A program made the translations under genes and the position numbers. Source: Felis catus (lineage: Eukaryota). Taken from it: a stretch of 64,000 nt of DNA. Under the pieces are notes generated by a model. That model was not told the origin of the DNA, ran no database searches, and was given only the letters and a program-made list of their open reading frames with translations. Shown one piece after another: positions 25,601 through 35,390 of the stretch. Positions within the stretch are counted from its first letter, which is position 1. Each line of letters begins with the position of its first letter. Where the stretch lies: contig NC_058368.1 of NCBI RefSeq assembly GCF_018350175.1, positions 1,116,001 through 1,180,000 of the forward strand, written 5' to 3'.

Positions 25601-28600
25601 AGGATGTGTACAGAAATAGAAGCTATTTTTGGAAGAGTGCATATTTTTCTGTTGCATTTATTGATTTTGTTTGCATCTGGGAATAAAATAATGTCAAAGA
25701 AGTAGGACTTTTTTTATATTTGTTTATTGAAGGAATAACATCTTTAGTTGTGAGGACCAGGTGTTGTGAATGTAGGTAGTAAATAGGTAGCCGCTTCTGT
25801 ACTGCATATTGAGAAATTAGGTATAATTATGGATGTTTAATTAGTACTGTGTGAAGGGGGTGCACAGCATTTTTTTTTCTAGCTCACAAACAGAATAGCT
25901 GATTTTCCCCCCTGATTTTACAAGGATAACGGTTATTGTTAAAAAAGAAAATTATGTGAACTCCTACAATCATGATCATTCTTTCCTCTCATCCACTCTT
26001 ACCTTACACATGTGAACACACGCCCTGCACACCAAATGCATTGTCAGTGGAATTGTGGATACCGTTTTCCTGAACCTTCCCCACTTCATCATGGTTAGCT
26101 AAATGTGTATGCTTCTCTGTATTTTTTTATGAACACGGCAAAAGATATAATAGTTTGTCAGCTGAGAACATGGAGCCATATTAAACTTTTGTACTATAGT
26201 TTCCTTCCTTCTGTTTCTCAGCACATTGTGGCAGTCCCTCTAAGTCAGCTGGAACAGACTTAACTGTGTATTTCATACTACATTTAATTTAGTCATTTCA
26301 ACAATGATACGCATTCCCTTTGTTTCATAAAATTTTGCTATTATAGATAAACAGTGTACACCTTCTTTCCCCTCCTTTCCCAGATATTACATAATGATCC
26401 TAAAGATCTTTTTCAAAAAAAAAAAAATTTTTTTTTTTATGTTTTATTTTTGAGAGCAAGAGACATAGTGAGAGGGGGGGAGTGAGTGGGAGACATAGTG
26501 TGAGCAGAGAGAGAGGGAGACAGAGAATCTGAAGCAGGCTCCAGGCTCTGAGCCATCAGCACAGAGCCCGATGCGGGGCTCGAACCCACAAACTGTGAGA
26601 TCATGACCTGAGCCAAAGTCCGATGCTTAACCAACGAGCCACCCAGGTGCCCTGATCCTAAAGATCTTAAAGATCTTATTTCTATGAGATTAGATTTCTG
26701 AAAGGGTATTATTAGACCATAAAAAAAGCATATGTTTTATTTTATTTTTTAAGTTTATTTACTTAGAACGTGCACATGCAAGCGGGGGAGGGGCAGAGAG
26801 AGAGAAGGGGAGAATCTCAAGCAGGCTCTGTGCTGTTAAGTGCGGAGCGTGACACAGGGCTCGAACTCACGAAATTGTGAGATCATGACCTGAGCCAAAG
26901 TCTGACACTTAACCGACTAGCCACCCAGGTGCCCAAACATACTTTTTATTGTAAAAGCTATCACGATACTGCTTCCCAAAAGTGCTGAGGATCTTTTATT
27001 TGGCCATTTGAGTTAGCTTTTCTGTGAAGTTTTGCTTTGTTGGGTTGTTTATCTCTTTCCATTTGTGAGAATTCTTTGTTTATTCTAGATAGTTATTCTC
27101 ATTTTCCAAAAATTTTCCCAAAATTTCTTATCTTGAAAAATGCTTTTTTCGAGAAGAGTTAGATCTCCATTTACTATATTAAAAACTAGAGTAAACTCAC
27201 TTATTAATTTGAGCTTGTTAATTTGAGTTCTATTATATAGAACTTTTAAAAATTCTCTTAAAATATGTATAACATTTTAAAATGTATTTAATCTTTGATT
27301 CAGAAGGGCCTTAAGAATTTGCCTTATTTTTCACAGCAGTGGTGTAATGCATTCAGAGTTTTGCTAACCTTCTTTCATTGGTTTCTTCAGGAGACATTAG
27401 TTAACTGTTTATTGTATGCTGAACACTGAACATTGGAGTAGATATTAGAGATTACTTTTTTTTTTTTTACACTATTTACTGATTTCCATGCACTGTACTA
27501 ACTGCTTGACATGTCATTTAATCCTCTCAACAACCTTACTATTCTTCTCACCATTTTTTAATGATGAAGGAAAATTAAGTAGCTCACCTGAGTTTATATA
27601 GCTCATATATTTTGAATCTGGTAAGCAGTCTGACTTAAAAGCTGTAATATGTTCTGCCCAAGGATTTGGAACACATACAAAAATAATATTTAAACAGTGT
27701 TGTTCTCATGGTATGGTATGTCGGTGGCACAGAGGTGGGACTAATTGGTTCTATAAGGATGTAATCTGAGAAAATAGTGGGGAAGATCTTTAAATTGAAC
27801 TTTGAAGTAAATCTAGAAATTCTAGGCAGGAGGGATGAGGGAAGAACAATGGCATTTCAAGAACAGAGAAAAATATATACAGGGCACAGGTTTCCAGGAA
27901 CTGCTTGGCATGGCTGGAATGTAGAATATGAAGTGTAGAGAGCTTTGGGTGCAGGTGGGATATGAAGTAGGTAACAGTCATGCAGCAAAGGGCCTGTATT
28001 TATTGTTAAAATGTTTAGACATCTTTTATCCAGGTTGAAACAGGAAAAGGTTTTAAGCATTTTTTAAAGATCACACTTGATTTTTTTTTTTTTTTTTTTT
28101 TGCTTTGGAGGTAGGCAGCTGAGGGTTGGAATAATATTACTGAAACACAAATTATTGTGCAGAGCTGCTGATTTGTAGCTAAATTAATGGTGGGTTGTGT
28201 TTACATTGTTTTTAATGAAGCTTTATGCAAGTAGCATTTTATAAAACCATCAATTTTAGACACCTATAAGTACAATCTCTTAAATATATCTAATAACCCT
28301 TAAATGATGAGTGTCTTATATTCTCAACATACTATTTATAAATTGTTATGCATATTGTTACGTATAATAGGTTTTGCTTAGCTAATTTTCTAAAAACATT
28401 CTCATTACATATATATTAGTGACAATTCATGTCTAAACAAACATGTTACTGACTGAACATTTTCTAAAACATATGATTTTCAACTATGTTAGTAGACTTA
28501 TATTCTACTTCTCAAATACCAGTGCCAGAATTTCTGCTTAAGTAGATAGATAGTTACCAATGTGCTGCTTTGCATTTTTAATCCAAAAGAGAACAGAGCC

Positions 28601-29604
28601 CTTGAAACTTAGCTCATCTGAAATAAGTTCTCTACGTGTAAAATACACATAAGATTTCAAAGAATTTATATTTTAAAAATGTAAAATGTATTCTGTCTCC
28701 TTCTCTTTCTGCCCCTCCCCACTCGCATTATCTCTGTCTCTGTCAAAATAAATAAATAAACTTTAAAAATTAAAAAAAAAAAAAAGATTTCTAGGAAGGG
28801 GCGCCTGGGTGGCTCAGTAAGTTAAGCATCTGACTCCTGGTTTTGGCTCAGGTCATGATCTCACGGTTTCATGGGTTTGAGCCCCAAGTTGAGCTCCTCT
28901 GTGCTGATGGTGCAGAGCCTATTTGGGATTCTCTGTCTCCTTCTCTTTCTGCCCTTCTCCCACTCACACTGTCTCTGTCTCAAAATAAATAAATAAACCT
29001 AAAAAATATATATAATAAATAAAAATGTAAAATATCTGATTAAGTTTTGTATGTTTAAAGTAATGTTTTAGATATATTGGGTTAAATAAAATATTTAACT
29101 ATAACTTCTAAAAAAATTTTAGAAGTTTTAGAAAATTTAAAATTATATGTGTAGATCACACTATGTTTTGTTGCTCAATGATACTCTGTGCAGTGGTTCC
29201 AAAATTATCTCTGGATCTCTAGTTCTCTCAAATATTGTTCCAAAGCATTCTAAATGCAATGAGAAACCAGAACCCTTATAAAGGAATTTATATTTTGGAA
29301 AGAGAATACTTATTAATTTAAATAATTCTGTAATTATTTAGTAATTATTTTTTAGTAAAAATTTTTATTAAGGTTGCTACTCTTGGGGCACTTGGGTGGC
29401 TCAGTTGGTTAAGTGTCTGACTCTTGATTTCGGCTCAGGTCATGATCTCATGGTTCATGAGATCAAGCCATGTGTCAGGCTCAGCGCTGGCAGTGAGGAG
29501 CCTGCTTGGGATTCTCTCTCTCCTCCTCCTCCTCCTCCCCCTCCTCCTCCCCCTCCTCCTCCTCCTCCTCCTCCTCCTTTCTTCTTCTTCTTCTTCTTCT
29601 TCTC

Positions 29605-29647
<43 letters not shown>

Positions 29648-32600
29648 ATAAATTAACTTAAAAAAGAAAAAAAGATTGATACTCTTTAGACAAGCCTGAC
29701 CCATCACCGTGTTTTTTCCAGGGTTACTTCCTAGGAGGTGTTGATGGCTTCTCCTTTGCTTCTGAAAAGCAAAAGTTACTGCGCTTTGGTGATGGGGCAG
29801 ATTAGGTGTTCATAAGTTGTGTAGATTGGGTGTTTGTAAATTGGGACTGCCTTAATGGAAAATAACAGCTATACCATAATATAGTATTGCTTTGAATACT
29901 ACAGCAATGACTAATAAAGCTTATCGTCATTCCTCTGTAACAATAAGAGCAGCAGATCTTTTGATTTATCAGGGATTGCCAAAAAAAGCACATCTTTTAG
30001 GAGCTACTTGCAGTAAAGTGGAGTTGGAAGCATGGTAGTTTTTGGCTTGTTGTTAAGGTTCTGAATGTACATAGAAATTATTTCCCCCTTGGGGTGCCTG
30101 GGTGGCTCAATTAAGCGTCCGACTTTAGCTCAGGTCATGATCTCTCTGTGAATTGAAAGCCCCGTTTCGGGCTCTGTGCTGACAGCTCAGAGCCTGGAGC
30201 CTGCTTTGGTTTCTGTCTCCCCCTCTCTCTCTGCCCCTCCCCCATTCGCACTCTCTCAAAAGTGAATAAACATTAAAAAAAAAGTTATTTCCCCCTTATT
30301 GCTTGACTTATAGCTGAAAATTACTTCAGGATCATTTCTCTCATTATGATTGCTGCTTTAAATGGTAAGAACAAAAGAAAAATTGCTGTTCTGAACATGA
30401 GGATTTCACTTCTGCAGTTGTTTTGTATAATGGGCATCAACTTTACATTAAAAAACATTAAACAGATTGAATTGTGACATTGTATTTTAACCAATTAATG
30501 CTACAGTCCTAACACTGAGAATTTCCAGGTATTTTTATAGAATTTCTGCCCTCTAACTCATCAGTAGGGAAGGGATCTGACACTGTCACTTCATTGATTG
30601 CCAGGCACCTGGTTTGTCATCCTATTCGCAAGGTATCAGTTACGAATTTTTGTTCTGCCATTTTGAAATTATGCTGTCTCCCTTCTGACTAGCAGGACTA
30701 ACATTATAATGATCAGTTCAGATGATGATATGCTAGTCTGATATTTGATTATTATATGGTGTTTTTTTTTTTCCATTCTTTTCATTTATCTGTGTCTGCA
30801 TATTTAAAGTTAGGTGTCTTGGAGCACCTGGCTAAGTTGGAAGAGCATGCAACTCTTGATCTTGGGGTTGTAAGTTCAAACCCGTGCTGGGTATAGAGAT
30901 TATTTTAAAGAAAATAAAACTTAAAAAAAGTAGGTTTCTTGTTAAGCAGCATATTGTTGGGCCTGGCTTTTTTTTTTTTTTTTTTAAGTCCAATTGACCA
31001 ATCTTTGTCTTGGTATGTTTAGACCAACAAACCTTTTTTTCCCCTGTATATAAAGAACCAGATAGTAAATGTTTTATTTGTCTTTGCAGGCCACACTGAT
31101 ATATCATGCACCCATTCAGCTCTGCCATTGCAGTATGAAAACAGACTTTGGCAATATGCAGATGTCACTTGTGTCTGTGTTTCAAGGAAACTTTATTGAC
31201 AAAAATAGGCACTGAACCAGTTTTGGCTCTCATTTGCCACCCTGGTTTAGATCTTTTATGCTTAGTATAATCACGGCTGCCGTTGGATGAGAATCTGCCA
31301 TTGGTTGTTTTGTATTTGTTTTATCTGTTCATTATTGGTTTTTTTTTTCCTCTGCTTTCTTTTGAATTAGTTATTTTTCTGTGATTCTGTTTTGTCTCTA
31401 CTGTTGGTTTATTTTTTGCCTCTTAAATAGTTTTGTTGTGGTTGCCCTAGGATTTATAATACGGGTCTTCAGTTCATTATCTACCCTCAAATATTATTGT
31501 ACCACTTTATGTATTACGTATGAACCTTATAACAATGTCCGTTTCTCATCGCCTGCCCCTTTGTGCTGTTGTTGCCATACATTTAACTTTTACATTATTT
31601 TATTCCAGATTCCACTGGAGATGGACTTTGCAAACTTTAGTTTTTAAATCATTCCTTAACAACTCTCATTGTTAAGATTTGTCATAGTGAGTTATTAGAG
31701 TCAAGTTTGTACTGACTCACAGGAGTTAGGAGCAGTAAGTAAAAAAGCATTCCTTAACAATTGAGTGCTAGAAGAGACCCTCAGACCACTGCAGAATAAC
31801 ATTTCATCCAATTCAGAATTTTTCTGTAATAATTTATAATTTAATTACTCTTACTTGAAAATCTAATTTTGTTTTCTCCATGTTCTATATAATGAACATT
31901 GGAACCAGATATTCTGTTTTTATCTGACAGACTGAAGATTTCTGCTAGTTCTTACATTCTGGATTCTTGGGTTTGTATTTCAGCTTTGAGTTTTTTAAGT
32001 CAAAGAGTAATTGGCAACTTTGATTCTTTATGATTTCTAGGTATATAGATAAAGCCAGTAATCTCTCCTGTTGTATTATGTTAGTGTGCCTGGTTTTTTG
32101 GTTTTTGATTTTTGGTTGTTTTTTTTTTTTTTAGATAAAAGCTTTCTTTCTTAAGACATATTGTATAAGTATATATTCACTCTTTATAATCTGGTTTTCC
32201 TTCAAGAAACTTTTTTTTTTTTTATTGTAGTACTTGTGTGGTAGTAATCGAAAAGACAACATATTCATTGATCCAGGATACCAGACATTTGAGCAAGAAT
32301 TGAATAAAATACTTCGAAGTTGGCAACCAAGTATACTTCCAGATGGTAATGCTCGCTTGCTGTCTCTCTTATATATATAAGAGATACATATGTATATTTA
32401 CATATATACATATGTATATATGTAAAATTTTTCAGGATTGAGAGTTTTTAATGTAACTTCTGTACTATTGTATCTGTCTCCTATGAGTATTCTGGTTCTT
32501 GAGGTAATCCTCTCTTAAATAAAAGTGTTGCTGACTTGCTACTGGGATTTTTATTTTTACAGAAAGTATGTTAAAAATAATTAGGAAATAATTTAAATTA

Positions 32601-35390
32601 GTGTATTTTTCAGAGTACTTATTCATGAACTCATCTGTTCATCTTTTGTTGAATTAGAAATGAATGTAGTTGATAACTAGTGTTTGTAAAGAACTTTGTA
32701 ATAAATGTGACCTGCTTTCTCTGGAGCAAGAAACTGGGTGTGTATTCTTAAGCCCTGCTGTGGATATTGTGATACAAATTTCTCTAAGAAATCTGTTTTA
32801 GATGTGTGAAGAAAATGTGTTTGTGAATGGAAATCACCTATTTTTTTTCCCCAGCAATCATGCAGATTTAAGTTCCTTTCTGACCGTTGTGTGCTTGTCC
32901 TATAGAAGACCAGAAGCAAACATCTAGTCTCTTATTCCAGAGATGCTAGCACCATAGTCTTGTGTATTCCCTAGCTTCTTTTGTCATAGAGCTGTATAGG
33001 TAATTCTGAAAGTGTGTTTTGACCTGGTGTGAATGGAGGATTGAAATAGGTTTGTTCTTGAATTAACTTTTTTTTTTAGATGGTTAAATGATCATTATTT
33101 TATTTGTTGTAATTTTTAAAAAATATTTCTGTTTAAGGGTCAATATTTTCTCGAGTCGAAGAAGATTATCTCTGGAGGATAAAACAACTGGGATCACACT
33201 CTCCAGTAGCTCTTCTGAATACCCTGTTCTACTTTAACACTAAGTATTTTGGTCTGAAAACAGTGGAACAACACTTAAGACTTTCCTTTGGCACTGTGTT
33301 TAGGCACTGGAAAAAAAATCCTTTAACAATGGAAAACAAAGCATGTCTTCGATACCAAGTGTCTTCCTTATGTGGAACAGATAATGAAGGTAGTGTAACG
33401 TATTTTTATTTTTGTATTGTCTGTGGCAGGGATGGCCAAACTTTGCCTTAGTAAAGACCACCTGGGTCACTTGTTAAGACTCTAAGGACTGCCATTTTCA
33501 TAAAGTAAGACAACCTCTATCTTCTTAAGACATCTTAGTTCATTTTGTTTGAAAAAGCCACATATTTGGTATAACAGATACAAGGAGTGAATAGTACTAT
33601 TCTTTCTTCAAGATTAGTCTCAGGAAGTTCATGTAATTTTTATTTTTTAAGATAAAATTACTACTGGAAAAAGAAAACATGAAGATGATGAGCCAGTATT
33701 TGAACAAATTGAAAATACAGCCAATCCTTCTAGATGTCCTGTGAAAATGTTTGAATGCTACTTGTCTAAAAGGTAAGTGTTAATGATATTTAACTTTTTA
33801 AATGGTAGTATAGGTTAGTTTCCTTGAATTTAACACTACCAAGAGGTGACATTTTTCGCTAATCTTTCTTAGATTTTTCTCTCACTTCTCACTCACATCT
33901 AATGTTTGTAAGTCTCATTATTGTAAAATACCTAGCTTATACTTCATACTTTAAGGTTCAAGCATATGTTAAGAAATTGTTGTTTAGTGAAGTTGCTACT
34001 ATTATTGTCATCTTTTAAATTACAGCAATTCCAATAATAAAGCATAGGACACAAACTTTTTTTTGTAAAGGGTCAGATAGTAAATATTTTAGGCTTTTTA
34101 GGCTATAGAGTCTCTATTGAAGTTAATCCATTCTGTTGTTATAGCCAGAAACCAGCCATATACTATTATAAATAAATGGCCCTACAGTATTTTTATAGTA
34201 CTTGTAGTATACAGTTTTATTGTGTTCTAAAACCTGAGACAAACAAGTGATGGGCTATAGTTTACCCACCCCCTGGTGAAAAGGTATGTTCAAAGGTAGA
34301 ATAGATAGATGGAGATGAAAATGAAATCTTTACATGTAAGAGAAAACGTTCCTTTAAGAAGGTCTTACATAGTGTTCTGAAAGTAACTATACTTTTCAAC
34401 TATACCACCACTTTGTTCCCTCAATCTAATACCAACAGGCATTTTAGAAAATGTTAAACCATTGAGATGTTTAGAGATCATAAACTATTTTATGCTTGTC
34501 CATTGCTTTATATATATGTACTCTTTAATTTTCGAAGGCTTAGTATGAACTAAGAGTTCATTTCCTTATGTTAAGTTGTATAAATTATAGATAGGTCCCC
34601 AAATGAGTTCTTAAGAACTAATGATGTCATCTACAGATAATAGTAATATTTTTGACTGGTTTGGGGTAGCCCTGTTCGGCTGCAACAGTGTTAGATCTTC
34701 CAGTGGTGGTAACTCTTATTTGGAAATCCCTATCTCAGTATTGTTGGTATTTTAAAAGTTAAATTTCTATTGTATAATGCTATTAGGTATTTTTATTTTA
34801 TGGGCTACTATATTTCATCAATTTTAAGACACACTTTTCAAATTTTACTATCGCTGAAACTGGGATGCATGTTATAATTGATACAACTTAAAATTATAAT
34901 TGACAGTGTTCTACTTGTTTAGTGGCAACATTAAAATAATGATTAAAAATATTATTTCTTTTGATGGTGTTTTGGATTCAGTGAAATAACGGAATTCAAA
35001 TGGTGGGAAAATAATCTTTTATCACAGAAATTAACTTTGAAAATATCTTAATGATAAAAAAAATTAATATAAGTAATGACATGATCTGACCACATAATAT
35101 GGTTAGTAGTAACAGCATTGTTCTTGGAAGACGAAAAGAAAGTTGTGGGGAATTTTGTATATATACTGTGAAATTGACTTTCTCCTTTCTCCCAAAGTCC
35201 ACAGAATCTTAATCAGAGAATGGATGTTTTTTATTTGCAACCAGAATGCTCTAGTTCTACAGATAGCCCTGTCTGGTACACATCTACTTCACTGGACCGA
35301 AACACCTTGGAAAATATGCTTGTACGGGTTCTTTTAGTAAAAGATATTTATGATAAAGACAATTATGAACTGGACGAAGACACAGACTAA
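6755..35390 (+). CDS. ZMYM2: Zinc finger MYM-type protein 2 (ZNF198), 3' portion: 13 coding exons, 613 aa + stop; the 5' exons lie upstream of the window
   Basis: Exons of 166+35+130+116+172+126+95+169+152+115+252+121+193 = 1842 nt join with consistent phases at GT-AG sites. Translation runs [31 protein letters not shown]...[14 protein letters not shown]...[13 protein letters not shown]...[12 protein letters not shown], matching the ZMYM2 C-terminal region as I recall it. Confidence 0.97.
7495..7529 (+). CDS. ZMYM2: ZMYM2 35-nt exon
   Basis: ttag|AT CAG...ATG ACA|gtaagt; (D)[11 protein letters not shown]; required to keep the phase. Confidence 0.95.
8416..8560. mobile_element. MER5-like hAT-Charlie non-autonomous element
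   Basis: CAGTGGTTCTTAGC...ATTAGAATCAC...GATCACTG termini. Confidence 0.7.
9060..9445 (+). mobile_element. MIR fragments
   Basis: CTTAGTTTTCTCATCTGTAAAGTGGG and TTTGTAAAATGGGGATG MIR core motifs. Confidence 0.7.
9458..9980. mobile_element. MaLR solo LTR (MLT1A-like), interrupted by a SINE
   Basis: TGTCTTAGCCCATTTG...TCTCACAGCTCTGAAGGCTGGGAAGTCTAAAATCAAG...TTTCAACATATGAATTTT...TAGCA. Confidence 0.8.
9657..9832 (-). mobile_element. CAN-SINE nested in the MaLR LTR
   Basis: Reverse SINEC motifs. Confidence 0.9.
10066..10268 (-). mobile_element. CAN-SINE
   Basis: Reverse SINEC motifs. Confidence 0.9.
10738..13300 (+). mobile_element. Near-full-length TcMar-Tigger fossil (MER82/Tigger17-like) with a decayed transposase
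   Basis: TA|CAATTGATC...ATTCTG|TA ends. Motifs in order: AGWLTHFK (11415-11438), VFHTDETGL (11562-11588), LFLDN...[24 protein letters not shown] (ORF 11777-12094). Many stops and frameshifts. Confidence 0.88.
13011..13044. repeat. (TG)n microsatellite
   Basis: Read directly. Confidence 0.95.
14044..14173 (+). CDS. ZMYM2: ZMYM2 exon
   Basis: gtag|GGT...ACA G|gtaact; [43 protein letters not shown]. Confidence 0.96.
14861..14976 (+). CDS. ZMYM2: ZMYM2 exon: Pro/Val-rich segment
   Basis: ttag|AT...CCT|gtaagt; (D)[38 protein letters not shown]. Confidence 0.96.
15556..15677 (-). mobile_element. Short CAN-SINE variant lacking the CT-rich part
   Basis: Reverse GGGGCACCTGG...CAACTCTTGATCTCAGGG head; TSD TGGAAAAT(T/C)AT. 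Confidence 0.85.
15735..15906 (+). CDS. ZMYM2: ZMYM2 exon
   Basis: ctag|GTG...AAC A|gtgagc; [57 protein letters not shown]. Confidence 0.96.
16603..16640. repeat. (GT)n microsatellite
   Basis: Read directly. Confidence 0.95.
17146..17271 (+). CDS. ZMYM2: ZMYM2 exon (acidic region)
   Basis: acag|GT...AGA G|gtactc; (S)[41 protein letters not shown]. Confidence 0.95.
17568..17780 (-). mobile_element. CAN-SINE
   Basis: Reverse SINEC motifs. Confidence 0.92.
17871..17980 (+). mobile_element. Internally deleted CAN-SINE
   Basis: Head and A tail present, middle missing; TSD AGAATG(T/C)AAAGCATTTT. Confidence 0.85.
18059..18256 (-). mobile_element. CAN-SINE
   Basis: TSD TGTACTGAGA(T/C)CATTT. Confidence 0.92.
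18557..18651 (+). CDS. ZMYM2: ZMYM2 exon (first half of a basic, NLS-like stretch)
   Basis: ttag|CT...AAG|gtataa; (A)[31 protein letters not shown]. Confidence 0.95.
19283..19535 (+). mobile_element. Old L1 ORF2 fragment
   Basis: GAATGAAGTTGGACTCCTA...CACAAAAATTAACTCAAAATGG...GACCTAAATGTAAGA. Confidence 0.85.
19893..20061 (+). CDS. ZMYM2: ZMYM2 exon
   Basis: ttag|GGA...TCT C|gtaagt; [56 protein letters not shown]. Confidence 0.96.
20313..20464 (+). CDS. ZMYM2: ZMYM2 exon
   Basis: ttag|CT...GAG|gttagt; (P)[50 protein letters not shown]. Confidence 0.96.
20523..20741 (+). mobile_element. CAN-SINE, 58 nt downstream of a splice donor
   Basis: TSD AAAGGT(T/C)GTTGTGGTAG. Confidence 0.93.
20995..21229 (+). 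mobile_element. CAN-SINE
   Basis: SINEC head and tail. Confidence 0.92.
22065..22407 (-). mobile_element. MER46C-like Tigger non-autonomous element
   Basis: CTCATTTGGTAGTAAAACCTGA...GAATTCCAAAACATATCTGGCC...GACCTG. Confidence 0.7.
23095..24760 (-). mobile_element. Old L1 ORF2 (reverse-transcriptase region) fragments, interrupted by a SINE
   Basis: CACCATTAAGTATGATGTTG; CTGCTTTTTCTGCATCTAT; CCAGCTTTTGGTTTCATTGATTTT; minus-strand ORF VIRQEKE...[12 protein letters not shown]. Confidence 0.85.
23790..24044 (-). mobile_element. CAN-SINE with an expanded (GCTT)/(CCTT)/(CCAT) tail; poly-C run at its head
   Basis: Read directly. Confidence 0.9.
24945..25275 (-). mobile_element. L1MB-like 3' end
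   Basis: ATTGTGGTAAAATACAC...AACTGAAACTCTGTACCCATTAAAC. Confidence 0.85.
26428..26652 (-). mobile_element. CAN-SINE
   Basis: TSD TGATCCTAAAGATCTT. Confidence 0.92.
26735..26934 (-). mobile_element. CAN-SINE
   Basis: Reverse SINEC motifs. Confidence 0.9.
28590..29187. mobile_element. MER33-like hAT element hosting a SINE dimer
   Basis: GTGTAAAATACACA...AATGTAAAATATCT...GATATATTGGGTTAAATAAAATAT...AGAAAATTTAAAATTA. Confidence 0.7.
28690..29019 (+). mobile_element. Tandem CAN-SINE: 5'-truncated copy + 12-nt spacer + full copy
   Basis: Both copies lie between TAAAAATGTAAAAT repeats (28674-28687 and 29020-29033). Confidence 0.88.
29385..29672 (+). mobile_element. CAN-SINE with an expanded (CCT)n(CTT)n(CT)n tract
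   Basis: SINEC head; pure-pyrimidine run 29512-29644. Confidence 0.93.
30091..30283 (+). mobile_element. CAN-SINE
   Basis: TSD TTATTTCCCCCTT. Confidence 0.92.
30821..30930 (+). mobile_element. Short CAN-SINE variant
   Basis: GGAGCACCTGGCT...GAGCATGCAACTCTTGATCTTGGGG. Confidence 0.85.
31025..31244. mobile_element. MER58A-like hAT element
   Basis: CCAGATAGTAAAT...TTCAGCTCTGCCATTGCAG...AAACTTTATTGACAAAA...TTTGCCACCCTG. Confidence 0.8.
32231..32345 (+). CDS. ZMYM2: ZMYM2 exon
   Basis: gtag|TAC...GAT G|gtaatg; [38 protein letters not shown]. Confidence 0.96.
33138..33389 (+). CDS. ZMYM2: ZMYM2 exon (DUF3504)
   Basis: taag|GG...GAA G|gtagtg; (G)[51 protein letters not shown]...LCGTDNE. Confidence 0.96.
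33652..33772 (+). CDS. ZMYM2: ZMYM2 exon (DUF3504)
   Basis: taag|AT...AAA AG|gtaagt; (D)[39 protein letters not shown]. Confidence 0.96.
34045..34275. mobile_element. MER58A-like hAT element
   Basis: AAACTTTTTTTTGTAAAGGGTCAGATAGTAAATATTTTAGGC...CCCCTG. Confidence 0.8.
34808..34992. mobile_element. MER104-like TcMar-Tc2 element
   Basis: ATTTCATCAATTTTAAGACACAC...GATTCAGTGAAATAACGG inverted ends. Confidence 0.65.
35198..35390 (+). CDS. ZMYM2: ZMYM2 terminal coding exon, stop TAA at 35388-35390
   Basis: aaag|T CCA CAG...; (S)[63 protein letters not shown]. Confidence 0.96.

Noticed and set aside
29396..29707. Poly-Pro/Phe/Leu/Arg/Gly ORFs
   Set aside because: Artefacts of the (CCT)n(CTT)n(CT)n tract.
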